Shown here: positions 37,376-47,696 of the stretch, one piece after another
Layout of the letters: the number at the start of each line of letters is the position of its first letter
How positions within the stretch are numbered: the first letter of the stretch is position 1
Assembly: GCA_965221325.1 (NCBI GenBank)
Contig: OZ244880.1
Reading direction: 5' to 3' (one strand)
Origin: Candidatus Foliamicus sp.
GTDB taxonomy: Bacteria; Pseudomonadota; Gammaproteobacteria; Steroidobacterales; Foliamicaceae
Length of the DNA stretch: 64,000 nucleotides
Notes under the pieces: generated by a model
The model's database searches: none
The model's input: the letters and a program-made list of their open reading frames with translations, nothing else
Told to the model about the DNA's origin: nothing
Translations under genes and position numbers: made by a program

Positions 37376-38346
37376 CAGCGTTCCGTGCGTTGTTGCGTTA
37401 CTTGCGGCAGCCAGGCTTCCGCCGGAATGCCTTGGCGGCGCCAACGTGGGCGAACTGTCCCGGAGCTACGATCGAGAAGGCTGGTCAGAAAGAACCACGC
37501 GCCATCGGTGTTTACGGCCAGGCGCATCTGAAACCAATCGCTGGCCAGCGCGACGCGGCTCGCCATGTTCGAGGGCAGCGCGCGCTGCGCTTCGCTGAGA
37601 TCGGGAATACCCCCGTTTTGCTGCCAGTCCAGCCAGAACCGCAGTTCCACCGGGTCCAGATCGTCCGCAAGCGACAGCAACACCGCTTCGGGGGCGGTAT
37701 TCAAGTTGATCGGAGTGGGCGCACCGCGCGCCGGCAGTGCGGACACATAGGGCGCCAGGACACTCCATACGGCCGCGTCGAACCCTTCCACCGCCAGCAG
37801 TTCGGATACGTCTTCCAGCGGCCGATTAGGCGCCTGGTAAGGCGGATCAAGGCGCGTGTAAGCCTCGTCCTCCGCTCCGCCCAGCGGCTGCGGAAGATTG
37901 TCAGCGTCCATCCAATCCAAGGCTTTGAACGCCAGTGTCTCGTCAAGCTGCAGAACGCGCAGCAAGCGCTGAAACTGTCCTACCGCGATCATGTCTGCCG
38001 TGCCCTGAAAAGTAACCAGGTTGTTGACATTGAAGCGGCCCTGCATGTCCTCCACCGCGCCCTGAAAGCCCGCAAGGCCGGGACCGTTCTCGACTATACC
38101 CTGCGCCCAGCTCTCGCCGAGGTGATCGGTGGCGCTCTCGTTGGCGTCGGCAAACAGCAACTCCGCGGCCAACTCTTCGATACCTAGCGCCATCAGGCGC
38201 GCGCGCGCATTCGCGATCAGTGCTTGCGACGACTGGCTTTCGACTTGCAGCATGAACATGCGCCCCGCGCCGAGCACACCTGCCAGGCTCACTACCAGCA
38301 ACGCGGAAACAAGCGCCAAACCGCTTTGATTGCGCGCGAAAGTCAT
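37375..38346 (-). CDS. gspK: T2SS minor pseudopilin K
   Basis: QSG|LALVSALLVV, DHLGESWA, DMQGRFNVNNL, DWMDAD, INLNTA. Confidence 0.9.
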   Translation of the reverse strand: MTFARNQSGLALVSALLVVSLAGVLGAGRMFMLQVESQSSQALIANARARLMALGIEELAAELLFADANESATDHLGESWAQGIVENGPGLAGFQGAVEDMQGRFNVNNLVTFQGTADMIAVGQFQRLLRVLQLDETLAFKALDWMDADNLPQPLGGAEDEAYTRLDPPYQAPNRPLEDVSELLAVEGFDAAVWSVLAPYVSALPARGAPTPINLNTAPEAVLLSLADDLDPVELRFWLDWQQNGGIPDLSEAQRALPSNMASRVALASDWFQMRLAVNTDGAWFFLTSLLDRSSGTVRPRWRRQGIPAEAWLPQVTQQRTER

Positions 38347-38963
38347 GTGCCCACCTCGACAAGCCGGGTAACCTGCGCCGAACCCGCGATTTCCAGAGTG
38401 AACCGCACGCCCACGGGCAGGGTATCTGCGGCGGCTTCGCCGGACGGAGGCCACAATTCCATCCAGCTATCAACGCCCAACCCGCGCGCAGGCAGGAACT
38501 CAACCCGGAATCGGCGCACACCGGCGAGCAACACTTCGCCGCTGGGCTGGGTGGCCGCAATCGGGTCAAGTACCGGCCAATGCTCCCTCAGCAGACGGTC
38601 GTCCACGAGGCGGTAGCGCACTCGCTGCAGCTCGGCGCGCGGCGCAAACGCCGGGTTGAGCCAGCCGCCGCGCGACAAGGTAAGAGCCGTTGCGGACGCA
38701 TCCAGAGCGGGCTCGTAATCCTGTCCCAGGATATTGCGCACAGGGCGCGCGCGCAGTTGCGCCAGGTCGTTCTCGATCACACGCACAGCGCGCTGCAGCA
38801 CCGACCAGCGCTGCTGTGATGCATCCAGCCTTTCGGATTGCGCCACTGCCTGTCCCAAGCTGCCGAAGGACAAAGTAGCCATGACCGCGAATATCGCGAG
38901 CGCCACCAGCAGCTCGATCAGGGTGAAGCCGATATCGCGGCCGGTGCCGCTAGCGGCGATCAA
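38343..38963 (-). CDS. gspJ: T2SS minor pseudopilin J
   Basis: G|FTLIELLVALAIFA, RPVR, RGGWLNP, LQRVRYRL. Confidence 0.9.
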   Translation of the reverse strand: MIAASGTGRDIGFTLIELLVALAIFAVMATLSFGSLGQAVAQSERLDASQQRWSVLQRAVRVIENDLAQLRARPVRNILGQDYEPALDASATALTLSRGGWLNPAFAPRAELQRVRYRLVDDRLLREHWPVLDPIAATQPSGEVLLAGVRRFRVEFLPARGLGVDSWMELWPPSGEAAADTLPVGVRFTLEIAGSAQVTRLVEVGT

Positions 38964-39376
38964 TTCGGTTCCCCGGTTGCTGCTGCATCTTCGGAGTCCG
39001 CGCCCGCGTCCGGCCGTACCGGTTCGACCAGCCGCACCATACCGCGAGCCGAAGCCAACGGGCCGGCGTCACGTTCCGTTGCGACACGCACTTCCACGTC
39101 GCGCAAGGAAGCGAATCCCGAATCCTGCACTGCGTATTCGACCCACCACACCCGGCCGGCAATTTCCTCCCACCGCTCGCTCCCTGACCGCGGAGTGCCA
39201 TTCGCCAGCCTCAGCGCGGTCAGCGCGTCCGCCGCAGCCCAGTTTGCCAGCGCCCGCACACGCAACTGCTCGGCTGAACGGGCCGACTGTCCCAGCGACG
39301 TGAACACGGCGCTTACGCCAAGCGCCACAACCGCCAGAGCAACCAACACCTCGACGAGCGTAAATCCCTTTTTCAT
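38960..39376 (-). CDS. gspI: T2SS minor pseudopilin I
   Basis: MKKG|FTLVEVLVALAVVA, LANWAA. Confidence 0.88.
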   Translation of the reverse strand: MKKGFTLVEVLVALAVVALGVSAVFTSLGQSARSAEQLRVRALANWAAADALTALRLANGTPRSGSERWEEIAGRVWWVEYAVQDSGFASLRDVEVRVATERDAGPLASARGMVRLVEPVRPDAGADSEDAAATGEPN

Positions 39377-39906
39377 GGCCGCCTGATCTGCAGCATGCCG
39401 GCCCCGCCGAATTCCACCATGGCGCCTTCTTCCTGCGCACTTTCCAGCCGCAGCGCAAACGGCGTGAATTCGCCTTCCGGAAGCAGGACTATCTGGGGCG
39501 GTAAGGCAGGATGCGGCAGCCGGCTGACTGCCGCGCGGCCGTTTATGGTCAGTTCGAAGGCAAGCTGACGCGGCCAGGCGCGCGGCGCCAGCGCGCCTTT
39601 CTCTGCCAGCGGTTGCCATGCAAGCCCCAGTGGCGATGCGGAACGGGAAGCAGCAGCGATCGGCAGCAATTCGTGATACGAGTAACCGCGCGCATCGAAT
39701 CGCAGACCCAGGACCCGGCCCTGCAGGCGGCTTTCATCCACCGCCAGACGCAAGGTGGCAGCCAACCTTCGCGCTTCCCGCTCCACGCCGCTGCCGGAGG
39801 CGCCTAGCGACAGCACCGCCATGCCGGCCAGCAGTCCGATCAGCGCCAGGACGACAAGAATTTCGATCAGCGTGAAGCCGCGCGTCCGACTTGCCGATTG
39901 CGCCAT
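39373..39906 (-). CDS. gspH: T2SS minor pseudopilin H
   Basis: RG|FTLIEILVVL, EARRLAA, PQIVLLPEGEFTPF. Confidence 0.88.
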   Translation of the reverse strand: MAQSASRTRGFTLIEILVVLALIGLLAGMAVLSLGASGSGVEREARRLAATLRLAVDESRLQGRVLGLRFDARGYSYHELLPIAAASRSASPLGLAWQPLAEKGALAPRAWPRQLAFELTINGRAAVSRLPHPALPPQIVLLPEGEFTPFALRLESAQEEGAMVEFGGAGMLQIRRP

Positions 39907-39911
39907 GGCAA

Positions 39912-40457
39912 TCACGAACGCTGATCGAGATTCCAGTTGCCTATGTCTCGATCCTGCCCCTCGCCCCCTTCCTCGCCGTCGCGACCCAGCGTATAGACAT
40001 CCACCTCGCCGTTGCGCCCCGGATTGCGGTAGAGATAGGGACGGTTCCAGGGATCCAGCGGCAGGCGCCGCATGTAGCCGCCTTGCGGCCAGCGCACATC
40101 GGGATCGTCGGGACGCTCGACCAGCGCCCGCAAACCCTCGGCGTCGCTCGGGTAGCGAAAGTTGTCGAGCCTGAATATATCCAGACCCGCCTCTATCGCC
40201 TGAATATCTGCGCGGGCGCGGGTAATTCGCGCATCATCGACCCTGCTCACGTAAACCCCCGTCGCGATCGACGCCAGGATGCCGATGATGGCCAGAACCA
40301 CCAGGATTTCCATGAGCGTGAACCCGCGTTCCTGCAGCGGCCGCTGATCTTCGGCGCCGCGCGCCGGGCGGAGGCGCAGGAAGCGGGTCAACGCCTTGAG
40401 AAGGAACTGGCGGGGCCCGTCGCCGGAACAACGGCGCGAAGTTGATCCTGGTTGCAT
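39912..40457 (-). CDS. gspG: T2SS major pseudopilin G (start uncertain)
   Basis: QERG|FTLMEILVVL, FRLDNFRYPS, DPWNRPYLYRNPG, LGRDGEEGGEG.DRDIGNW. Confidence 0.92.
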   Translation of the reverse strand: MQPGSTSRRCSGDGPRQFLLKALTRFLRLRPARGAEDQRPLQERGFTLMEILVVLAIIGILASIATGVYVSRVDDARITRARADIQAIEAGLDIFRLDNFRYPSDAEGLRALVERPDDPDVRWPQGGYMRRLPLDPWNRPYLYRNPGRNGEVDVYTLGRDGEEGGEGQDRDIGNWNLDQRS

Positions 40458-40541
40458 GCGGAGCATAATCACTTGGTTCGGCAATCTGAGACCATCATGC
40501 CAGAGCGAGATACAAGACGCTATCGCCTATAATTTTCGCGC

Positions 40542-41291
40542 GTGGCCGGCAACTCCAACCTGTTCTCGCTTAGCGGCGAAACCGCGCTCGTAACTGGGGC
40601 CACGCGAGGCATAGGGGCGGAAATCGCGCGCCAGCTCTCGATAGCCGGAGCCGAAGTCGTGGGCACTGCGACCACAGCCGAGGGCGCCAGCAAAATCGGG
40701 GAACGCCTGGGCAATCCGGACGCGGGGAAAGTCCTCGACGTAAGGTCGGAGGAGAGCATTGACGCGCTGATGGCCGAGTTGTCAGGACGCGCGCCCGGAA
40801 TATTGGTGAACAATGCCGGCATTGCGCGCGATAATCTGCTGCTGCGCATGAAACCGGAAGATTGGCGGGCGGTAATCGATACCAACCTCGGCTCCGCTTA
40901 TCGGCTTTGCAAGGCTTGCATGCGCGGGATGCTGAAGGCGCGCCGCGGCCGCATCATCAATGTATCGTCATTGGTCGCGTCCGCTGGCGCTGCGGGGCAG
41001 GGCAACTACGCAGCCGCCAAGGCAGGATTGCTTGGGTTTACGCGCGCTCTGGCGCTGGAATTGGCCGGGCGGGGCATCACGGTAAACGCCATTGCGCCGG
41101 GCTACATCGAAACGGACATGACGGCCGGCATGACTGCGGCGCGACGCGACGCCGTAATCGAGGGCATTCCCGCCGGGCGGGCCGGAACCCCGCTGGACGT
41201 GGCCGGCGCAGCCGTGTTTCTGGCCTCTCCGGCGGCGGCCTACATCACTGGCGCTACCCTGCACGTCAACGGCGGATTATGGATGGGCTAA
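40542..41291 (+). CDS. fabG: 3-oxoacyl-ACP reductase
   Basis: TGATRGIG, LVNNAGIARDNL, NYAAAKAG, APGYIETDMT, LHVNGG. Confidence 0.92.
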   Translation: MAGNSNLFSLSGETALVTGATRGIGAEIARQLSIAGAEVVGTATTAEGASKIGERLGNPDAGKVLDVRSEESIDALMAELSGRAPGILVNNAGIARDNLLLRMKPEDWRAVIDTNLGSAYRLCKACMRGMLKARRGRIINVSSLVASAGAAGQGNYAAAKAGLLGFTRALALELAGRGITVNAIAPGYIETDMTAGMTAARRDAVIEGIPAGRAGTPLDVAGAAVFLASPAAAYITGATLHVNGGLWMG

Positions 41292-41376
41292 GCGTTTCCC
41301 AAAGCGCTTATTCCGGTAAAATACGCGCCTGTCGAATTTCCGCTGGATTCGCCCGGCACTTGGGGGACCTGGACTC

Positions 41377-41616
41377 ATGAGCAATGTAGAACAACAGATC
41401 AAGGCAATCATCGCCGAGCAACTTGGCGTTTCCGAATCGAGCATCACCAACGAGTCGTCGTTCGTGGATGACCTGGGCGCTGATTCGCTGGATACCGTAG
41501 AGTTGGTCATGGCCCTGGAAGAAGAGTTCGAAACCGAGATACCCGACGAGAACGCCGAGCAAATCACCACGGTTCAGGAAGCAATCGACTTCATAACTTC
41601 ACGCCTTGAGGAATAG
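41377..41616 (+). CDS. acpP: Acyl carrier protein
   Basis: [20 protein letters not shown]. Confidence 0.97.
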   Translation: MSNVEQQIKAIIAEQLGVSESSITNESSFVDDLGADSLDTVELVMALEEEFETEIPDENAEQITTVQEAIDFITSRLEE

Positions 41617-41660
41617 CCGGAGCGGTGCAACCGGCCTGACGGCCGGGCCCTTACCCTGAC

Positions 41661-42905
41661 ATGAAAGGTCGCCGCGTAGTAGTAACGGGCGCCGGCGCGA
41701 TCACGCCGGTGGGCAACGACCCCCAATCCGCCTGGCAGTCGGTAGTGGACGGCAAGAGCGGCATCGAACTGCATGAGGAATTGCCGGACATAGGCAATTT
41801 TCCGTCGCGAATTGCGGGTCTGGTGCGGGACTTCGATCCCAGCGAATACATGGACCGACGCGAGGTGCGGCGCTTCGATGCCTTCAACCACTACGGGATC
41901 GCGGCAGGTATGCAGGCACTGCAATCTTCGGGGCTGACGATTGATGAATCGAATGCGGACCGGGTGAGCATCTACCTCGGTTCGGGCATAGGCGGCATTC
42001 GCACCATTGAGAGCGCCTATCACCGTTACAGCGAACAGAACAATCCCAGGCGTATCTCGCCATTTCTCGTGCCGGGCATCATCGTGAACATGCCCGCCGG
42101 ACTGCTGTCTATTCAGACCGGCGCGCGCGGACCAAACATCGCCGTGGCGACGGCTTGTTCCACATCCACGCATTCCATCGGCCTCGGCGCCCGCTCCATT
42201 GCCTACGGCGAAACCGACGCCTGTCTGGCCGGTGGCGCCGAGCATTGCATCGCGTATCTCGGCATAGGCGGTTTTTCTTCGGCGCGGGCTTTGTCCTTGC
42301 GCAACGACGACCCGCAAGGCGCCAGCCGGCCTTGGGACCGCGATCGGGACGGTTTCGTGCTCGCCAGCGGGGGCGTGTGCCTGATGCTTGAGGAATACGA
42401 ACAGGCAAGGCGCCGCGGCGCCGATATTCTCGCCGAGCTTGCCGGTTTCGGCATGAGCAGCGACGCCTACCACATTACCGCACCGGCTGAGGACGGCGCC
42501 GGCGCCGCATCCTGCATGCGAAACGCGCTGGCGGATGCGGAACTGAATCCCGAAGATATCGACTACATCAACGCGCACGCCACATCCACGCCGCTGGGCG
42601 ACCGGGTAGAAGCAACTGCCATCAAGGGTGTATTTGGCTCTCACGCAGAGCGCGTCGCCGTAAGCTCCACGAAGTCGATGACCGGACACTTGCTCGGTGC
42701 GGCAGGTGCGCTGGAGGCGCTCTACTGCATTCTGGCAATCCGCGACGGCGTGGTCCCACCCACCATCAACCTCGATAATCCGGACGCGGGTTGCGACCTG
42801 GATTTCGTTCCCCACACGGCGCGCAAAATGCAAGTCGGCGCAGCCTTGAGCAACTCGTTCGGCTTTGGTGGAACCAACGGCTCCCTGATATTCCGCCGGG
42901 TTTGA
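41661..42905 (+). CDS. fabF: Beta-ketoacyl-ACP synthase II
   Basis: RRVVVTG, TACSTSTH, YINAHATST, KSMTGHLLGAAG, SNSFGFGGTN. Confidence 0.95.
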   Translation: MKGRRVVVTGAGAITPVGNDPQSAWQSVVDGKSGIELHEELPDIGNFPSRIAGLVRDFDPSEYMDRREVRRFDAFNHYGIAAGMQALQSSGLTIDESNADRVSIYLGSGIGGIRTIESAYHRYSEQNNPRRISPFLVPGIIVNMPAGLLSIQTGARGPNIAVATACSTSTHSIGLGARSIAYGETDACLAGGAEHCIAYLGIGGFSSARALSLRNDDPQGASRPWDRDRDGFVLASGGVCLMLEEYEQARRRGADILAELAGFGMSSDAYHITAPAEDGAGAASCMRNALADAELNPEDIDYINAHATSTPLGDRVEATAIKGVFGSHAERVAVSSTKSMTGHLLGAAGALEALYCILAIRDGVVPPTINLDNPDAGCDLDFVPHTARKMQVGAALSNSFGFGGTNGSLIFRRV

Positions 42906-43933
42906 TGACCGGGCGCGCCCACCTGGCAGCCGCCGCCTCGGTGCTGGCGCTGCTTGCTGCGGCGGGCCTGTTTATTGCCCGACTCGCCTTGGGCAGCCCG
43001 CTGGCGCCAGACTCTGTCGAGCGCATCGTGATCGTCGAAGCCGGCGATTCGTTCGGCGCCGTTGCCAGCAATCTTGCCGAAAGCGAAATTGTTGAGCGGC
43101 CTGGGTTGTTCAAGCTGGCCGCTTTCCTACGCGGAGCGGCCGGCCGGATTCAAGCCGGCGAGTACCGGATCCGCTTCGGCGACACGCATCGCGCGCTCCT
43201 GGAACGCATGATGCGCGGTGAAGTCGTGCAACACTACTTCACGATCGTCGAGGGCTGGACGGTAAGCGAGTTGCTGCGCGCGCTGAGCGCCGAAGATTTG
43301 CTGGCCCAGACGTTAAAATCGAGCAACCCTGAGGAGCTGGCCTGCGAAATGAACCTCGGATATGCGCACGCCGAGGGGCTGTTTTTTCCCGATACCTACG
43401 CCTACACGCGGGGAGAGACCGACGCCGAAGTGCTGCTGCGCGCCCACGCCATGATGGAAGACAAATTGCTTGCCGCGTGGACGGAACGTTCTCCCGGCTT
43501 GCCGCTTGCCGACCCGTACGAAGTGCTGATCCTTGCTTCCATTGTGGAGCGCGAAACAGCGCTGGACGCCGAGCGGCCGGTCGTTGCCGGCGTACTGACC
43601 CGCAGGCTTGAGCAGAACATGCGCCTGCAGGTGGATCCCACCGTGATCTATGGCCTGGGCGCCGCGTATGCGGGCAACATTACTCGCGCGCACCTGCGCG
43701 GCGACACCCCCTACAACACCTATACCCGCCACGGACTGCCGCCCACGCCCATCTCGCTGCCCGGTGAAGAATCGCTGCGGGCGGCGGCAAAACCGCGGTC
43801 AGGCAGTTACCTCTACTACGCGGCTTCCGCCGCGCTGGACGGAAGTCACGTGTTTTCCGATACCCTCGCCGAGCACAACGCGGCAGTGGCTTCGCTGGTG
43901 CGAACGCAGCGCGCCCTGCGCCGCCAGCCATGA
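42905..43933 (+). CDS. mltG: Endolytic transglycosylase
   Basis: N-terminal TM, EGLFFPDTY, LASIVERET, LQVDPTVIYG, PYNTY..GLPPTPI. Confidence 0.93.
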   Translation: MTGRAHLAAAASVLALLAAAGLFIARLALGSPLAPDSVERIVIVEAGDSFGAVASNLAESEIVERPGLFKLAAFLRGAAGRIQAGEYRIRFGDTHRALLERMMRGEVVQHYFTIVEGWTVSELLRALSAEDLLAQTLKSSNPEELACEMNLGYAHAEGLFFPDTYAYTRGETDAEVLLRAHAMMEDKLLAAWTERSPGLPLADPYEVLILASIVERETALDAERPVVAGVLTRRLEQNMRLQVDPTVIYGLGAAYAGNITRAHLRGDTPYNTYTRHGLPPTPISLPGEESLRAAAKPRSGSYLYYAASAALDGSHVFSDTLAEHNAAVASLVRTQRALRRQP

Positions 43934-43997
43934 ATTGCACACAAGAGCATGCAAGTAATGCGGTGTAATGCCGAAACGGCTCTGATCCGCGCTTAAC

Positions 43998-44633
43998 GTG
44001 AAAGTGGGCCGATTCATAGTATTGGAGGGCATGGAGGGAACCGGCAAGTCCACACATGCGGCCTACCTGGCGGATTGGCTCAAGCAGAGCGGCCACGAGG
44101 TTGTTGCAGCGAGAGAACCGGGCGGGACGGCGCTTGGCGAGCGGCTGCGGGCCATATTGCTGGATCCCGGCATCGCCGCTATGCCGCCCCAGGCCGAGCT
44201 GCTGCTGATGTTCGCCGCCCGCAGCGCTGCCATAAGGGAAGTCATTGCGCCGGCCTTGGAGCGCGGTGCCTGGGTGGTGTGCGATCGCTTCGTGGACTCC
44301 AGTTACGCCTACCAGGCATACGGACGCGGGCTTCCCGTGGCGCAAGTGCAAGTGCTTGACGAGTGGATCGTGGGTAAATGCAAACCGGACCTGACCGTGG
44401 TGCTGGATGCGCCACCCGAGTTGGGCCTGAAGCGCAAATCGGCGCCGGGCGACAAGGATCGATTCGAACGCGAAGACCTGGAGTTCTTCGAACGGGTGCG
44501 TTCTGGCTACCTGCAGCGGGCGGCGGCGGGCGGCGCGCGCTATCTCGTTGTGGACGCCGCCAGGCCGCTGGCGGATGTGCGCAGCGCGCTACTGGCAGCG
44601 GTGCGTAACTTGGATGACACCCACGATGGCTAG
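43998..44633 (+). CDS. tmk: Thymidylate kinase
   Basis: EGMEGTGKST, REPGGT, CDRFVDSSYAYQ, DRFE. Confidence 0.95.
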   Translation: MKVGRFIVLEGMEGTGKSTHAAYLADWLKQSGHEVVAAREPGGTALGERLRAILLDPGIAAMPPQAELLLMFAARSAAIREVIAPALERGAWVVCDRFVDSSYAYQAYGRGLPVAQVQVLDEWIVGKCKPDLTVVLDAPPELGLKRKSAPGDKDRFEREDLEFFERVRSGYLQRAAAGGARYLVVDAARPLADVRSALLAAVRNLDDTHDG

Positions 44634-45600
44634 CGGCGGCGAGACCGGCCTGCCGTGGCTGACTGGGCTGGAATCGGAGCTGGACGCATTGATCCGCTCA
44701 GCGCAGTTGCCTCACGCCTTGCTGATACACGGAGAGCGTGGAACCGGCAGGCGGCGCCTGGCGGCATGGCTTGCACAACGCATCCTGAACAGCAAGCGCG
44801 CCGTGTGGCCGGCGGATTCCGCGCCGGACACCACATTGCACCCGAACCTGCATCCCGCCGTGCCGGAGGAGGGCAAGTCTCTGCCGGTGGACCGCATCCG
44901 CGAATTGATCGAGTTCATGCTGATGAGCGCCTACGGCAGCGGCGCGCGGGTCGCCGTGATTTTCCCGGCGGAATCGATGCGTCGCAGCGCGGCGAACAGC
45001 CTGCTGAAGATTCTCGAAGAACCGCGACCCAACAGTTACCTGCTGCTGGTGGCCGAGTACACGCAGCCGCTGCCTGCCACCATCATCAGCCGCTGCCGCC
45101 TGGCAAAGACGCCGGCGGTGCCTCAGGATGCGGCGCTGGACTGGCTTGCGCAGCAGTCCAAGGACGTGGATTGGCGCAATGCCATGCGACTTGCCGGTGG
45201 CGGCCCCCTGTGGGCACAGGAATTGCATGCGCAAGGGCTTGATGAGCGCGCTCGCGCCATGAGCGGCCAGCTGGCGGCGCTGGAGAAACGCAGCGCGACT
45301 CCGGCCGAGGTGGCGCGCAGTTGGAAGGACGTGCCGATGCGATTCGGTTGCGATTTCCTGTTTCGCTGCGCATACCGGCGTGTTCGGGATTGGATATCGC
45401 CGGAAAACGAGAATAGTGCTTACAGGCAGAGATTTTTGCGCTTGCCCGAAGACTCGCGGCGGGCGATGATCAGCCGCAGCTTCGCTCACCTGGACGCCAT
45501 CGTGGAATGCCGCCGTTCCGAACACTTCAGCGCCAACGCGGAGTTGGCCATGACTGTGCTGCTGGAGAGCTGGTTCGGCGGGTTCTGCGCGCGCAGATGA
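44626..45600 (+). CDS. holB: DNA polymerase III delta' subunit
   Basis: LPW, PHALLIHG, AANSLLKILEEP, ATIISRC; canonical tmk-holB-pilZ order. Confidence 0.85.
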   Translation: MASGGETGLPWLTGLESELDALIRSAQLPHALLIHGERGTGRRRLAAWLAQRILNSKRAVWPADSAPDTTLHPNLHPAVPEEGKSLPVDRIRELIEFMLMSAYGSGARVAVIFPAESMRRSAANSLLKILEEPRPNSYLLLVAEYTQPLPATIISRCRLAKTPAVPQDAALDWLAQQSKDVDWRNAMRLAGGGPLWAQELHAQGLDERARAMSGQLAALEKRSATPAEVARSWKDVPMRFGCDFLFRCAYRRVRDWISPENENSAYRQRFLRLPEDSRRAMISRSFAHLDAIVECRRSEHFSANAELAMTVLLESWFGGFCARR

Positions 45601-45935
45601 AGGCTCCAGCGTTTTACTCGCTGGTGCTGGAGGATTCGAACGCGATGGCGCGGGCCTGGATTTCGTTCCTGGCGCCCGGCGGCCTCTGGGTGCTTGCCCG
45701 TCGGGAGCACACGCTCGGCGAGGAAGTGGTGTTGCTTGTGCAATTGCCGGACGGAGCCACGTGCAGCGTGGCGGGCAGGGTAGCGTGGATAGGCGCCGAG
45801 AATCGCGCCCAGGGCGGCCGGCGGGAGACCGGAATCGCCCTGGAAGGCCGCGAGGGAACCCTGCTCGCGGACCGCATCAGGGCGCATGCCGGCAGCGCAA
45901 ACGCTCCTGCCCAAACGTTGTTGGGCTGCCTTTGA
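45597..45935 (+). CDS. pilZ: PilZ domain protein (type IV pilus PilZ-like)
   Basis: FLAPGGLWV, LGEEVVLL, GRVAWI; follows holB. Confidence 0.7.
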   Translation: MKAPAFYSLVLEDSNAMARAWISFLAPGGLWVLARREHTLGEEVVLLVQLPDGATCSVAGRVAWIGAENRAQGGRRETGIALEGREGTLLADRIRAHAGSANAPAQTLLGCL

Positions 45936-47696
45936 TCAAGGATCCGAGCGTTCGCTGTTTCTCCAGCCTGCGAAGCGGATGACCCGTTTCGGGGCGGCCT
46001 CTGTGCGGCATTCCGGACGCAGCATTTCGGCTTCCAGGAGAAACCAGTTGCGCCGGTGCGCATAGCCAAGCGGAACGCCGGCGCCATTCCTGAAACACCA
46101 GGTTCTGTACTGCGCTGGCGCCAGCAGCAGTCTGCCGGGAGCCGCATTCAGCCAAGTGGCGGCATCAAGGATTTCCTGCCTGCGATCCGCCCTGCGCCGC
46201 CCGAAGTGGGTTATGGGGCGGTCGATGTGCAGCACCAGTTGCGCGCGCCAATCGGCCATCCCCAGTTCGGCCTCCGCCGGCAACACGGTCTGCGCAGCGG
46301 CTGTAATCGTCTTGCCCGACCGGCCTTCGTTCAGGACCGAGAAGGCGCCCCAGCCGAGCAGCAACCAGAAGGTCAAGATGACGCATCCGGTCACTGCGGC
46401 GACTCTACGGCTGCCCGCCGCCAGGAGTCCGGCCAGCCCCGCCGCGCTAGCGACGATCAAAAGCGGCACAACAACCGGATGAATCGAATTGATGGTGAGC
46501 AGCAAGGCCAGGCGCTCCGGGTACAGGAGGTTGAACCAGAACGGCGAACCATCGGAAAGGGAAGTCACGTCGGGCTGATCCGCCGGCGTCACTCCATAGA
46601 CCCGCAACATGGCGAACAGCAGCACCGAAAGCGTTGTCATCATGCCGAGCCACAGAGCGCGGCGGCAACTGCGATGCTGCAGCGCGCGACCCAGGGCAGG
46701 GCCGCAGGCCAGCGCCAGCGCCGGAATGAGCGGCAAGAAATCGGCGGCGCGCTTGGTCTGGCTGACCGAAAGCAGCAGCAGCGCGGCGCCGGACCAGCAA
46801 AACACGCAGAAGAGGGCGCTGTCCTGCCGCCGCAGGCCGTCCCGCCAGGCATAACGCATCCACGGTAATGTCAGGATCAGCGGGAAACACGCCCAGGGTG
46901 CGACCTGAACGAGGTAATACCAGAATGGTTTGAGATCGCTCCAGGAGGAGGGTTCCAGCGCCAGGGGCCAGACTTTGAGCACGGCAAGGCGGTAGTGAGC
47001 GATCGTCTCTGCGTCCGACAGCCAAAGCAGGCTCAGCCACACTCCTGGAATGACCGCCAAGACGGCGAGACCCCCAAGCCACCGCCAGTCCCAACCGATT
47101 GCCGGAACTTTCCATCCCCGGCGCAGCGCCCACAGCCAGGGCAGGAAGAGCAGCAGCGGAAGCAGAGCCGAAACGTGAATCAGCAGGCCCAGGCCGCAGC
47201 CGGCACAGCCCAGCAAAAAGTGTCTCCAGGCAGGTCCCAGCAGGAGGTGGCAAGACAGACCGTAGAAGCCAAGAGCGACAAAAAGGCCCAACACGATGTC
47301 GCCGCCCCCGGCGCGCGCCTGCACGGAGAATTGCACGCAGGCCAGCAGTGCAGCAGCCGACCAGAAGGCCGCGTCCTCGCCCCAGAGCCGCTTGGCGAGG
47401 TCCCAGGTGAGCCAGAGGATGCCGAAAGCCGCCAACAGCGACGGCAGCAGGAAGCCGGCGCGCAATCCGAACAGCCACTGAAATACGCCGAGAATCCATA
47501 CGTAAAGTGGCCCGTGGTCGGCGAACGGCTCACCCGCCAGCGTCGGCGCAAGCCAGTTGCCGTAACGGAGCATCTCCAATGCCGCCAGGACGTTTTCCGG
47601 CTCATTCGGCGGCCACGGGTCCCGCAGCCCGAAGCCGGCCGTAAAAATCAGCAGGGCGCAGCCGAACAGGATCAGCGGCCTGAAAGAGTCTCGCAT
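45936..47696 (-). CDS. ArnT-like GT-C membrane glycosyltransferase
   Basis: GLRDPWPPNEP, EML..GNW..P, DHGPLYVW, many TM segments, PFWYYL. Confidence 0.8.
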   Translation of the reverse strand: MRDSFRPLILFGCALLIFTAGFGLRDPWPPNEPENVLAALEMLRYGNWLAPTLAGEPFADHGPLYVWILGVFQWLFGLRAGFLLPSLLAAFGILWLTWDLAKRLWGEDAAFWSAAALLACVQFSVQARAGGGDIVLGLFVALGFYGLSCHLLLGPAWRHFLLGCAGCGLGLLIHVSALLPLLLFLPWLWALRRGWKVPAIGWDWRWLGGLAVLAVIPGVWLSLLWLSDAETIAHYRLAVLKVWPLALEPSSWSDLKPFWYYLVQVAPWACFPLILTLPWMRYAWRDGLRRQDSALFCVFCWSGAALLLLSVSQTKRAADFLPLIPALALACGPALGRALQHRSCRRALWLGMMTTLSVLLFAMLRVYGVTPADQPDVTSLSDGSPFWFNLLYPERLALLLTINSIHPVVVPLLIVASAAGLAGLLAAGSRRVAAVTGCVILTFWLLLGWGAFSVLNEGRSGKTITAAAQTVLPAEAELGMADWRAQLVLHIDRPITHFGRRRADRRQEILDAATWLNAAPGRLLLAPAQYRTWCFRNGAGVPLGYAHRRNWFLLEAEMLRPECRTEAAPKRVIRFAGWRNSERSDP

